A DNA stretch of 64,000 nucleotides from Azolla caroliniana (GCA_043228905.1 JBHGNT010000022.1:5952001-6016000); one strand, 5' to 3'. Positions 10,159 through 22,765 are shown, counted from the stretch's first letter. Notes: a model not told the origin generated them from the sequence alone. Numbers and translations are program-made.

Positions 10159-13100
10159 AGGGGGAGTTTGTTGGGATTTCGGTCCCTCCGGATGGGATGT
10201 CCGGAGATGAATGACGGCAATCCCGGTTACGGTTACGGTTACAGTTACAGTTACGGTCCCGGCTACGGAGCCGGATGATGAAGATCCCGGCTACGGAGCC
10301 AGATGATGAAGATCCCGGCTACGGAGCCGGATGATGAAGACCCCGGCTACGGAGCCGGATGATGAATGTACCCGGAGCGAGATCCGGATGTTTGCCAAGG
10401 GCCCTTGAGGCTATATTTGTAAATAGCCCGAATGTTGTTGCTCATTTTATGTTTTCAGCCGAGAGAGCGAAGTGAGAGCAGCCGAGAGAGAGAGAGAGAG
10501 AGAAAGGAAGAGGTCGACGCCTCTGTGTATTACCGCCGCCTGTGGCGAAGACAGTGAGCTCAAGGTTGTTGCCTTGTAGCTTCACCATTGTACATCTCTG
10601 TGTATAGTGATAGTTGGAGTTGGAGGACTCCCGTGGTTTTTCCCATTTAGGGTTTTCCACGTAAAACACCCTGTGTACTCTTCTCTCTATTGTCTTCGTG
10701 CATTTTGTATTTCCCGTTTTCTGTGAGTTGATCCTATTCCTCGGTTTGTGACCGAGCGCTGTTTTGCAACATATACATACCTGACCGGCTGAGCCTTGCC
10801 GGATGAACAATGAAGAGTCCGATTTGGAGGCCACAAACCCCATCCTACACAACCGGTGCGTGATCTTCGCATTCCAAGTTCGAGGGGCTTGCTTTAGGCC
10901 GTACAATGACTTCTTCAGCCGGCATACCGCCGACTTGTTCATCTCCGATTGAAAACTGGGAGGCTGAGTCATAAAGACCTCTTCTTCAAGATCACCTTGA
11001 AGAAATGCATTCTTCACATCCATCTGTTGAAGATACCACCCCCTTGTCGCAGCAACTGCTAGCACCACTCGAACCGTCGTCATCTTCACTACAGGAGCGA
11101 AGGTCTCGTCATAGTCGATTTTGTGGGTCTGCGTGTATCCCTTCGCCACTAACCGGGCTTTATACTGGTTAACAGAACCGTCGGCGTTGTACTTTACCTT
11201 GTATATCCACTTGCATCCGATCGGTTTACAGTGACGAGGAGGGTCAACCAGGTCCCATGTCTGGTTGACATCAAGTGCCCGCATTTCTTCCTCCATAGCG
11301 GCACGCCAATTTGCGTCCTTGGCCGCTTCTGCACAGCTCTCCGGCTCACGCACTTCCGCCACCTTAGTCATGTACGCATAGTGATGCGCCATGTACTCAT
11401 TGTACCCGTACCGCTTGACGGGATCCTTCGGACGGGTGGACCGACGTAACTCACTGGTACCCGGCTTAAGGCCTTTCTTGGCCAGTTCGGTCTTCATTGC
11501 CGAAGATCTGCCCTTGTCCTTGCCGGAGTCGGATGCACACCGATCCGACTCATCGTTGCTGGTTTTGAATTCGGCATCTTCTTCTTCCCTTTCTCTTTGT
11601 GCGTGAACCGTCTCCTCAGTTCCTTGCGTGGGGAGTGTATGGCAGAGTCTCCACTACTCGCCGGTTCCTCATCGGACTGGTCAGATTGACTCAGTCTCTC
11701 GTTCAGCCCGCTCAACCGGAACGATTCCGGACTCTCATCCTGAGTCCACGCTTCATCATCCTCTACCTGGGCCGGTTTAGGCTCACTAGCCTCATCCTCT
11801 GGCATCGGGTCAAATTTGGAAGTGGGAGCCTGTAAGGAGTACCACGATGCCGATTCATCAAACTCGACATCTCGACTAACTTGGACTTGCTTTGTATGGG
11901 GGTTATAACACTTATAACCCTTTTGCTCTTGAGCATAGTCGACTAGGATGCATTTTTCCGATTTTGCATCTAGCTTCCTCCGCTTCTCGTCCGGTACATG
12001 CACATATGCAATGCTGCCGAAGATCTTAAGGTGTCTCAAATTCGGCTTTCGCCCGAAATACAACTCGTGAGCTGACACCTTGTCACCGATCTAGTTTTGG
12101 ATGTAGACAACCGTTCGGACTGCCTCCAGCATTGCCCTTGCCGCATCGATAAGCGACCGGTTCTTCCTCTCAGCAACATTGTTCTGTTGCGGTGTGTATC
12201 TGCAGGTGAACTCTCGCCGAATTCCCGTTTGTTGCAAATAACTGTTGAATTAGCTGGAAAAGTATTCTTTCCCGCCATCCGACTGTAGGCATTTGATCTT
12301 CCTCTCCGATTCCCGTTCCACCATGCTTTGGAGACTCGGAAAACACTCGAAGACTTCACTCTTCCACTCAATGAGGTAGATCCATGTGTGCCGCGTATAG
12401 TCGTCGATGAAGGAGACGAAATATCGACTCCCACCAAGACTAACATTCTGTGACGGTCCCCACACATCCGAATGAATTAGGTCGAGCTTGTTACGGCTCC
12501 GGTTACGTTCGGTAGGGAATGGAAACCGGTGTTGCTTCCCGAGTTGGCAGGCTTCACATACTTGGGCACCGCCTTGACTCCCCCTACCTGTGGAAGTCCC
12601 GGAACTGTTGTCGGCATGTTCTTTGTGCCTTCGTTCTTGCTCTTGCCGGCCGCCTCATCCACCACGCCCACGGGACCGATCAGCCTCCGTGTACAACATT
12701 CGGCTATCAATGGGTGCGCTAGTTAACGCACCGGCGTGGTTCTCCTCTACAAGGAGCATCGACTGTAAGTCAAAAAATGACGGCGTATTCACCCTTGTAC
12801 ACACTGCCATTCGGAATGCTCTGAACTTAGACTCCAGGCCCCCAAGACAGACCTGTACCATCTCGTCTTCCTCTACGGTAACGTTGATAGAGGCAAGCGA
12901 GTCACAGATCTCTTTTATCCGGGCCGTGTAATCCGCCACCGACATGTCCTTCTATCAGACATTGCTCAAATCCTGTCGGAGTTGCAGCTTCCGGGCTGTA
13001 GTGCTCGTGGCGAAAACCTTCTTCAAGTTTCCCCAAGCTTCCTTCAGCGTCTTGGCATCTTGGATGTGGCTCAACAGCTGGTCTCCGACACTGGACGCGA

Positions 13101-13785
13101 AGCAGTACAGCACTCTGCTTGCCGATTGTTCCAACACTGGGAAGTCCTTATGTGCCACATAAGGTGCTGTTTCGTTGGCTCCTTCAACAAAACTCCAGTA
13201 GCCATGCCCAAGCAGGTACTGGTGCATCTTATACGACCAAGATGCATAGTTGGATCTATCGAGTTTCTCCATAGGGAGCGAGCTAGCCATCCCTCTATCC
13301 ATCACTTCTCTGTCTGCTGTTTTACGACCGGTTAGGGTTTGCTTTCAAGCGTTTGTCGACTGCAGAGGAGGTTCTCAACCCTCGCGCTCTGATACCATGT
13401 AAACGATTACTTGTGGAAGCGTTAGACCACAGAGAACGTAGGGAATACACAGGAGAGATAGAGAGAGCAAACCGTAAAAGCTATATTCAAAACGATATAA
13501 GCACTCTGTTAATACAACTATGTTCAGTAGCATTACTTATACAAGTCCTCGTGGGACGGACAGAAGTATCGTGTACTTCAATGCTCACACGAGCATCTGA
13601 CACTTACTATGAGACTATAATTGCCTAGTAGTCTACACTAATACTAGGCTTCCGGTTACTGATTGGATCTGGCTAACCAGCTCCCCAGCTCACCGGCTTG
13701 GTTGCTCATAGCTTACCGATCCATCTCGCTTGCCGGCTCAGGTTTATTCAACCGAGCTGGCTCCAGTTGAGCTTGCCGCTCAACA

Positions 13786-14696
13786 AAAGGGAAGGAGCAC
13801 TTGGTGTGCCGGTTGAAGAAGAGCTTATATGGACTGAAGCAAGCTCCCCCGCAATGGTACCGGAAGAAGCTGTTGTGGTTGTCACAGGAGAAGTACGTGA
13901 CAGAGGTGCTTGTATGGTTCAACATGTTTGTGGAGGAACCGGTCGGGTCAATACTTTCAACAAACTACAAGCTATCCGGGAAACAAAGCCCGAGGACAAA
14001 GACGAAGAAGAAGGATATGATGAACCATATGCCTCTACCGTATGGAGCTTGATTTATGCGATGGTATGTACCCGACCGGATATCGGAAATGCAGTCGTAA
14101 TGGTAAGCCGGTTCATGAGCAATCCCGGAAGAGAGGATTGGAACACGGTCAAGTGGATACTTCGGTATCTGAAAGGCAGCTCGAGTATGTGCCTCCGGTT
14201 CGACTCCGGTAATCCCAAACTTGACAGATTCACGGATTCGGATATGTCGACTGATGTGGATACCAACCGGTCTACATCTGGATATGTCAAGACTTATGTA
14301 GGGGGAGCCGTTGCAGGGCAGTCGAGGCTGCAGAAGACGGTTGCGTTTTCAACCACGGAGGTAGAGTACATGGTAGTTGTAGAAGCTGGCAAGGAGATAA
14401 TCTGGATGAAGAACTTCATTGGAGAGCTAGGAATCCAATAGGAGTAATATCGGCTCTACTACAATAGTCAAAGTGTCATTCAGCTTGCAAAGAACGTGGC
14501 CTACAATTCCCGGACGAAGCATATCCAGCGAAGGTACCACTGGATCCGGGAGAGAGTAGAAGATCGAGAGTTCGTGCTGACGAAGATCCACATGGAGGAG
14601 AACGGGTCGGACATGTTGACCAAGGTGTTGACAACCAACAAACTAAACGCGTGTCGAAAGTGGATCGGGCTGGCGAGACATCCCATGCCGGAGTGA
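13786..14696 (+). pseudogene. A1 RT C-terminal part and RNase H, degenerate
   Basis: [17 protein letters not shown] and RTKHIQRRYHWIRE motifs, with an internal deletion. Confidence 0.9.
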
Positions 14697-14706
14697 AGGG
14701 GGAGAT

Positions 14707-15202
14707 TGTTGGGAAATCAGTCTCTCCGGATTGGATCCGGTGATGAATGAAGAGGACCCGATGAGAACTGGAAGAGATCCGGAAACCGGATTGGATGGAC
14801 CCGGTGAGAACCGGAAGAGAAGACATATTTGTAAATATGACTTAGGGCAATCACTTAGTATGTGTTTTTGTCATATTGTTGTATGTGTATAACTATTAGA
14901 TAGAGAGAGAGATACAGAGAGATACTCTGTTGTAACCGCCGCTTGGCGAAGATACAGAGCTCGAGGTCGTTGCCTCTGAGTCTTTGATTGTACCCTTTTC
15001 TTCATAGTGATTGTTGGAGTCTGTGGGCTCCTGTGGATTTTCCCATTTAGGGTTTTCCACATAAACAACCTGTGTACTCTCTATCGTTGTGTGTGTGTGT
15101 GTACGTGCGTCCACTCTCAGTTTCCCATTTCTGTGTTTCATTCTCATTGAAGTGATTAAAGACTCGGTTGTGGCTGAGCAGTATTCCGCGCGATTGTCTT
15201 CA
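14707..15202 (+). repeat. 3' LTR of A1 (TATA region deleted)
   Basis: tgttgggaaatc...gtcttca, directly after the PPT. Confidence 0.92.
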
Positions 15203-15443
15203 ACTAGATCATCCACTTAAAGCAAAATACTCATTGGCCTATTCCTACCTTGCCAAATGATGAGTGAAGAGTCTGATTTTGATTACACAAACCCCATTCG
15301 ACGCAGTTTCTGCGTGATTTTTGTGTCCCATGCTCGTTGGGCTTGCTTGAGTCCATAGAGAGACTTCTTCAGTCATCAAACAATCGACGTGTTCATTCCG
15401 GACCAAAATCCGGGGGCTGGATCATATACATATGTTCCTCAAG
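15203..15443 (-). pseudogene. Group-B copia RT fragment (target site of A1); duplicate of 21830-22071
   Basis: Minus strand reads LEEHMYMIQPP...[11 protein letters not shown]...ILL*VDDL. Confidence 0.85.
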
Positions 15444-15980
15444 TATGTGCCATGTATCCAAAACCTTACTTTGTACCCAAACTCTATCCCTAACCAACTT
15501 ATGGTAAACATCATTAGTTTTCACTGCAAATAATGATTTCTTGTTATAAAAAAACCAATCTTTCCATGGTTCCACCACCACCAATTGTGGAATCGGTGAT
15601 GATAAAATAGGCAATTGTAGTACTGCTTGCCAAATCGACCATATCCAGGAGGTATATGAAATCTACTTCTCACAGTTCAAAAAGCCCTCAATTGCCTTTG
15701 TGACTCTAAAATACCATCCTCCACCGTTACCAAACCTAGTTTTGCCATTCTATTAAACTTTAAACTGTCTTTTCCATCCCATTCTAATAATCTTGAAGAA
15801 GCTATCACTTATGCTGGCAAAGAGTTGTAATTTTTTCTACATTTAGGTGGTTTCCATTGAACAACTTCAAACTTTTTTGCCAAGAGACCACTAAATGTTG
15901 AACAATAGTAGATTTTGAACATTTAAATGATCTAGTGCTATTAATAACATGCAACCATAAAGTTCTAATTTTTGTTTTAC
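15444..15980 (-). mobile_element. Probable decayed LINE ORF2 C-terminal fragment
   Basis: AT-rich; the minus-strand peptide LFAVKTNDVYHKLVRDRVWVQSKVLDTW resembles the F-x-VK-x-x-Y-x-x-L...W pattern before the zf-RVT domain. Recognised by eye only. Confidence 0.4.
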
Positions 15981-15992
15981 CATGTTATATCC

Positions 15993-18151
15993 TATTGAGC
16001 AAGCAAGCTCAACTCGAGTCGATCGGCTGAAGAAGCCGAGAGCCAAATTGCCCGTAGGACCGAGAACTGAGAGCCGTGTGGTGAGGGACTTGGGTAGGCC
16101 GTTAATAGACTATATTCCTAGTATAGAAAATAGGAATATTGTATGTAGAATTAGTGTCAGGCTCATTTATGAGCATTCAAGTACTAACGATACTTGTGTC
16201 AGTGCACTCGTCAGGGCTTGTATAAAAAGTGCTCATGGAGCACGAAGTATGTACATAGCGTTATTCCTTTTAATATAATTTTGTGTCTGCTCACTCTATG
16301 TCTCTGTCTCTCATTCTTTGTGTTCTCTGCATTTATCGAACTGTTGTGGTTCCGAACATCAACTGTATACTTTGTGTCGTTTATGCATGCTTCTGCACAT
16401 CGTATTCTTCTACATGGTATCAGAGCGAGAGGGTTGAGACTCCTCTGTAGCCAACTGAGAAGCAAGCAATCAAGACAGAGTCTAGTTTTCTCGTTTTCGG
16501 AGAAGATACGACTGAAATATGGACAACGGAATGGGAAGCTCACTTCTGACTAAAAAGCTCGATAGGAGCAAGTACGCATCTTTGTCGTTCAAGACGCACC
16601 AATACCTTGTCGGCCATGGCTACTGGAGTTATGTCGATGGAGCTAATGATGCAACACCCAAATCGACACACAGAGACTTCCTAGCTTGGGAACAGGCGAC
16701 AAGTAGAGTTTTCTACTGTTTTGCGTTCTGTGTAAGCGATCAACTCTTGAGCTACATTCGGGATGCCAAGACGCCAAAGGACTCGTGGGAGAATCTCAAA
16801 AGGATTTTCGTCGCCAACACGATGGCCAGGAAGCTGCATCTCCAGCAGGAGTAAGCAATGTCTGGTAGAAAGATCTGTCTGTGGCCGAGTATGCACACCG
16901 ACAACAAAATGTTGTATATGGAGGCAGAGAGGCCCCGTGGTCGTGGTGGATGAGGTGGTTCGGCACGCAATGGAGGCAGTCGAGAAGAGCAAAATTTACG
17001 GCTTAATCGGAATAGTTCCGGACACTCTGCAAATAGGGGGAGCCAAGGCCGTACGAGGAGCTAGCAAGGGAAAGTCACACCAGACTACTGGTACTGTGGC
17101 AAGAAGGGCCACACAGAGAGCGAGTGTTGGAAGAAATGAGCCAATTCGAACAAGGCTGGATTGAGCCGAGGAGACGCAGATAGGCGTCAGAGATGGCACT
17201 ACGCAGAAGGCTTAGTGCGAGCTGGCACGGGCTCCGCCTTCATCATGAAGCACAAAGCCAACTTCATGGTGGTTTATACCTCGAGGTCAAACGAGGTATT
17301 GTATGTGGATTCGGGAGCATCGAATGACATGAAGAATCACCGGGAGTGGTTCTCGACTTTGAAAAAGTTGGAGCAGTGGGGGGTCGTCGAAACTCGTGAT
17401 GACACCCCTCACCCCATTGAACACATTGGAGATGTCCCTCTCAGCCATGTCAGCTAGAAGGGAATCATGATAAATGCCTTGCATGTGTCGACAATCACCA
17501 AACATTTGGTGTCGATCAGACAGATAGTCAACCAAGGCATGCAAGTTCGATTTACTCATCTCAGGTGCTTCATATAAGAGGAAGCCAAGATAATCGCGCA
17601 AGGCTGCCGAGAAGGGAGGATGTTCATCCTCAAGACCAATGACGTGGGCACCACTATGTTTGCGAAAGGGCAAAAGATCGAACCGGATATTAGTCTATGG
17701 CACAGTTAGTTCGGCCATGTCAACTTCCCATGGCTCCGAGAGATGCAGGCGAAAAACATTGTTTTCGGCTTGCCGAAATTTAGTGGCCGAAAGGGCCAAG
17801 TCTGTAAAGCCTGCCAATTAGGGAAGCTTCAACCTTCTATTCCCAAATGAAAGAAATCAGAGCCAAAACAAGGTCGATTTAATCCATTCAGATGTATGGG
17901 GACCGACACAGAATGTGAGTCTCGGTGGGAGCCGATATTTCGTGACTTTCATCGATGATTTCACTCGGCATACCTGGGCATGCATGATAGAGAAGAAAAG
18001 TGAAGTCTTATCTTGTTTCTTGAAGGTGAAGATCCTTGCCGAACAGGAGACAAGCCGTAAAATCAAATGTCTCAGGACCATGGTGGAAAGGAGTACTTAC
18101 CCGACCAGTTCTTGAGTTATCTACAAAACGAAGGAATTCGGCGCGAATTCT
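15993..18151 (+). mobile_element. Truncated group-B copia element E (5' LTR, PBS, degenerate gag-PR-IN)
   Basis: LTR 15993-16414 (tattgagc...ctaca), PBS tggtatcagagc at 16415, gag HQYLVGHGYW, YVDSGAS, and YFVTFIDDFTR motifs. Confidence 0.88.
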
Positions 18152-19511
18152 TGTGAAATGTTACATGCGGAAGCTATATGAAACACAGAATATCGACAGG
18201 GAAAAAACATGTTTAATGGAGAGCTTAAGACACAATGTATGTGGGAGAGACAGAGAGGGAATGAACACACAGAAAAAACTAAATTGAAAATAATGTGTAA
18301 AACTCTGTACATAGGATGTGGTCAGAGACCACTTTTATACAAGTCCAGACGGACTGACAGAAGTATTGACACGTACTTCAATGCTTATAACTGAGCTCCT
18401 ACACAAACTCCCAAATATATTCCCTCGCGGAATATTTGTTTAATGGCCTCCTGGTTTGCGCACCGATCTAACCTCTTGTTGTGCACCAGTTGGCGCACCA
18501 GTTTACGCACCGATCCGACCTAACCACTCGGTCCTAACCGATCCGGTTCTCGGCTTGCACAGCCGATCCAACCAACGTTGAGCTTGTATCTCAACACACA
18601 CCCTCAAGCTCAACTTGAGGTTTCTCTTGACTTCATGCCTCGGTTGCAATACTCGACTTGTTCGATTCTGCGCCCCTTGAACCTTACGGTACTCATGCGG
18701 CCTTTTCCAGCTCCCTTGCTATCCACCTATGAAATTGATGAGGATGCTACAAATAGAACGTTCTCATCGAGGATCTAATGAAATGTCTTCATTGAATTTC
18801 AATCATGAACATAGATTTAACATATGCAACTCTAGCCCAGATACAAAGGGCATTCACATAAACATACCCTAATGAGGATTTCAATACAATATTCTAAAAA
18901 GACATAATATTTCCAGGAAGTAAACACTTCAATGAATATTGTGCCAATATTGGTTCAAGCATGATCTTACAAATAATCACACAACCCTATAGAAACATTA
19001 TACATCTTATCATGTATCAAAGCATATCACATGTAGGATTGCATGACACAGGACAATGAAACATGATCAATATCAAGGTTTTCATTTATGGAAATACTTT
19101 GGACACATTTATGTCGAAAGTTGTAAATATTATCAGAGACATTTTATCATTGATGCTATAAAATGGAAAGTTCAGAGGTATATCTTTTGGACATTTGTGT
19201 TTCTTACCATGGATTGTTACACAATTTCCTGTTTTTATCTACATCTCCAAAAACGAAACTCTTAACCATCCCATTAATCCAAAAAAAATCACCCTTGCCT
19301 CTTTACATCAAGAATTTCCAAGTCTGTTTTATGTTGTGCCTTATATGATGCTTTATTTTCTTACAAAACAACAAATATAAAGAAATAGCTAAATTAATCC
19401 CATATTGATTCACCAGAAACTAGACATTTTGTGACAAATAATTTGCCGCTAATATTGTAAATCATATAATAGATGGACCTTTTGCAACTAATAATTTGTG
19501 GTTCTGATAGG

Positions 19512-20323
19512 TCAATGAATGTATAGAGGGATCGCATCATACCCAAAATCCACCTTATGCCTCTCATATAGTTCCTTCAAAGACGAGATAAAAATATGGT
19601 CCAAAATCAAAACCAATAGACTCAAGAAAAGGAATAGACAGTGTAAAAACAAGATTGAAAATCAAACCTCTTCTTGGGTAGGATGGGGATTTTTTTCACT
19701 TCAATTGGTATTCCAACAACGAAATGCATCGGGTGAGGAAAAGGAATAGGAGAGCTACATTAACAAGTGAAATCTCCATCTTTTAGAACAAAGATATAGA
19801 ATAGATAGAAACCCACCCAAATATTCCCCAAAATACAACTGGCGCAAATTGAAGATTCCGACACAACCCATCATACATCTTGCCACTAGGCTTCCACCAT
19901 TTGTATACAAGAGCCTGGGGGAATACAAGAAACAATATTCAAGACTCAAATACCAAACACCCTAATCACATTAAACTGATCCAAAAAACAAAATTCACCT
20001 ATCCGAAAACAAAACAAGGTACTAATGGAGATCCTGTTTTGATAGCCACACGGATGAAACCAATCTGTTTCTTTAGATACACAACCTAGTAAAGTGATCC
20101 GATCCAACCTTATGAAATAATACATTTTATTTCGACAACTTTAAAGGATCAAAACTTTATAAAACATTAGTGATAGTGGAACCTACATGATACATATATT
20201 ACTAACCTCACAATCATGTTCCATAAATAACATCTCTCGAACACCTCCAGGGATTACAACACGGCTACAGCCACTGCTTAGAAGGTTGTACACAATTTTC
20301 TTAGAGGCTGGCACTAACCCCAT
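19512..20323 (-). pseudogene. DGAT2: 3' half of a diacylglycerol O-acyltransferase 2 gene: five exons with introns, disabled
   Basis: Exons: 20323-20207 MGLVPASKKIVYNLLSSGCSRVVIPGGVREMLFMEHDCE; 20085-19999 VVYLKKQIGFIRVAIKTGSPLVPCFVFG*; 19914-19817 ALVYKWWKPSGKMYDGLCRNLQFAPVVFWGIFG; 19754-19668 SPIPFPHPMHFVVGIPIEVKK-PHPTQEE (1-bp deletion); ~19598-19512 HIFISSLKELYERHKVDFGYDAIPLYIH*. GT-AG introns of 121, 84 and 62 nt; the last acceptor is lost. Matches plant DGAT2 motifs PGG, GF-R-A, LVP-F-FGQ, YKWWKP and ERHK. Confidence 0.92.
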
Positions 20324-21228
20324 TATTTCATCCTTTTCGGCTCTATCTCTCCCCCTCAAGTTTGGCATATCAAAGTGTTGAAGACCAAGCATGCTCGAGA
20401 ATTGGCGCAACTTGTCAAGACCTAAGGGTTTGGTGAAGATGTCTGCAGTCTACCGATCCGTCGGAACATACACCAGTTCAAGTTCCTCAGAGCAGACTTG
20501 TTCTTGGAAAAAGTGGTAATGCACCTCAATGTGTGTTGTCCGGGCGTGGAAGATGGGGTTCTTCACCAAGTTGATGTTGTTGAGGTTGTTGTAGTAGATC
20601 GTTTTCGGATCTAACAGCTCCACCTGCAGATCCTTCTGTAGCCTCTTGTGCCATATGGCTTCGCATGTGGCGACAACCACCCCTCTATACTCGTCCTCGG
20701 TGCTCGACAGTGCCACTATTGGTTGCTTTTTGCTACTCCAAGTGACTGTGGCACTTCCAAGTGAAAACGTGTAATTGGATGTAGACCTGTTGTCACTGGC
20801 ATTTCCGGCCCAATCGGCATCCGTATAGCCAACTAGTTGTCTGTCTATACCGGACCAATACAACAACGCCCGATCTTTAGTGCCACTGGCATATCACATT
20901 ATCTGATTTGCGCATTGAAGGTGTTCGACGGTTTGTTGTGACATAAATAGGCTAAACAGTCCCACCGGATAACTGCTGTCCGGTTGAGTGATCTTCATAT
21001 AGATAAGCCTCCCGACTATCAGTGGGAACCATGTCGCATTGCATGTTACTCCCGACCCTCGGTGAAGCTTACCATTCTGGTCGTGATGGATTTGCATTCC
21101 GTCATACCGAATTTGAAGAGCATACTCAAAACATAATGGCGTTGACTGATCACTTCGATCCCTAGGAACTAATGAAGGTCATCGAGATCCTTCATTTCGA
21201 ATAATGCCCCTAGCTAGGACTTGACAAG

Positions 21229-21829
21229 TGTTGGGAAATCGATCTCTCCGAATGGGATTTGGTGATGAATGAAGAGGATCCGGTGAGAACCGGAAGAGAT
21301 CCGGAAACCGGATTGGGTGGACCCGGTGAGAACTGGAAGAGATCCAGAATCCGGATCGGGTGGATCGGGTGAGAACGGGAAGAGAAGACATATTTGTAAA
21401 TATGTTTTGAGTAAGCCTATTGAGGCTATATTTGTAAATAGCCCTAAGCTCATATAAGTATAAATATGACTTAGGGAAATCACTTAGTATGTGTTGTTGT
21501 CATATTGTTTTATGTGTATAACTGTTAGATAGATACAAAGAGATTGAGAGCGATACTCTGTTGTAACCGCCGCTTGGCGAAGATATAGAGCTCGAGGTCG
21601 TTGCCTCTAAGTCTTTGATTGTACCCTTTTCTTCATAATGATTGTTGGAGTCTGTGGGCTCCTGTGGATTTTCTCATTCAGGGTTTTCCACGTAAACACC
21701 CTATGTACTCTCTATTGTTGTGTGTGTGTATGTGTGTCCACTCTCTGTTTCCCATTTCTGTGTTTCATTCTCATTGAAGTGATTAAAGACTTGGTTGTGG
21801 TTGAGCAGTATTCAGCTTGATTGTCTTCA
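21229..21829 (+). repeat. Solo LTR of group A (601 bp)
   Basis: TG...CA, TSD acaag/actag, no PBS after it; the flanks rejoin into ...VDDLV of the B2 RT. Confidence 0.92.
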
Positions 21830-22094
21830 ACTAGATCATCCACTTAAAGCAAAATACTCATTGTCCTGTTCCTACCCTGCTAGATGATGAGTGAAGAGTC
21901 TGATTTTGATGGTACAAACCCCATTCGACGAAGTTTCTGCGTGATTTTTGTGTTCCATCCTTGTTGGGCTTGCTTGAGTTCATAGAGAGACTTCTTCAAT
22001 CATCAAATAATCGACGTGTTCATTCCGGACCAAAATCCGGGGGGCTGGATCATATACACCTGTTCCTCAAGTATGTGCCATGTATCCAAAACCT

Positions 22095-22765
22095 CCACCT
22101 GCAGAGGTTGCTGTTGTTGAGGTTGTCATAGTAGATTGTTTTCGGATCGGACACCTCCACCTGCATATCCTTCCTTACCCTCTTCAACCATATGGCTTCG
22201 CACATGGAGACAACCACCCCTCTATACTCGGCCTCAGTGCTCGATAGTGCCATTGTTAGCTGCTTTTTGCTACTCCAACCGACCATGGCACTTCCAAGTG
22301 AAAACTTGTAACCGGATGAAGACCTGCGGTCACTGGCATTTCCGGCCCAATCAACATCCGTAAAGCTAACAAGTTGTCTGTCTATACCGGACCGATACAA
22401 CAACACCCGATCTTTAGTGCCACTGACATATCACATTATTTGATGTGCGCATTGAAAATGTTCGACGGTTTGTTGTGACATAAATAGGCTAAATAGTCCG
22501 ACCGCATAACTCAGGTTCGATCGAGTGATCATCATATAGATAAGACTCCCGACTATCTACGAGGACCATGTCGTGTCGCATGTTGCTCCCGACCCTTGGC
22601 AAAGCTTAACATTTTGGTTGTGATGGACTTGCATTCCGTCATACCGAATTTGAAGAACATACTCAACACATAATGGCGTTGACTGATCACTTCGATCCCT
22701 AAGAACTAATGAAGGTCATCAAGATCCTTCATTTCGAATGATGGCGGTAGCTAGGACTTGACAAG
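22095..22765 (-). pseudogene. Second copy of the B2 RT-RNase H fragment
   Basis: Colinear with ~20570-21228 (FTDVDWAGNASDRRS, STEAEYRG). Confidence 0.88.

Larger units (their letters stand above)
5417..10771 (+). mobile_element. Full-length Ty1/copia element A2 nested in B
   Basis: TG...CA LTRs 5417-6054 and 10169-10771, perfect TSD tatac, PBS tggtatcagagc 6058-6069, PPT overlapping the stop codon. Confidence 0.97.
3530..13785 (-). mobile_element. Degenerate Ty1/copia element B inserted into the RT of A1
   Basis: 388-bp LTRs at 3530-3917 and 13398-13785 (about 30 mismatches by eye). PBS tggtatcagagc directly abuts the 5' LTR; PPT at 3918-3929; TSD aaatg/aaagg. Gag 12655-13305, IN ~11500-12500, RT/RH 10777-11497 and 3930-5411. 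Confidence 0.93.
1..15202 (+). mobile_element. Degenerate Ty1/copia element A1 (Tnt1/Tork-like); 5' LTR cut by the window edge; hosts nested elements B and A2
   Basis: 5' LTR ends ...tcttca at 461, then a degenerate Met PBS (tggtattaaagc). Broken gag-PR-IN-RT runs 491-3529 and resumes at 13786 (EKK|GKEH) through RNase H to 14696. PPT gaagggggag precedes the 3' LTR 14707-15202. Confidence 0.92.
18152..22071 (-). mobile_element. 3' half of group-B copia element B2: RT/RNase H remnants, a spacer carrying the DGAT2 fragment, PPT and 3' LTR (18152-18596)
   Basis: RNase H 20350-20870 (YTDADWAG, HARTTHIEVHYHF). PPT cttgagggtgtg at 18597-18608 is followed by the LTR tgttgagatacaagctcaa. That the two parts belong to one element is inferred from matching strand, group and order. 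Confidence 0.7.

Noticed and set aside
6138-10220. Many minus-strand ORFs overlapping copia pol (and similar ones at 55800-62600)
   Set aside because: Antisense shadows of GC-rich coding sequence.
18780-19510. Short AT-rich ORFs downstream of the DGAT2 fragment
   Set aside because: No motifs or convincing splice structure; probably 3' UTR or flank of the source gene.
18730-20330. TIR transposon carrying DGAT2 (tgaaattgatg ... cattatttca)
   Set aside because: Only 6 perfect inverted bases in AT-rich DNA, and the flanks accta/tcctt are not a convincing TSD.
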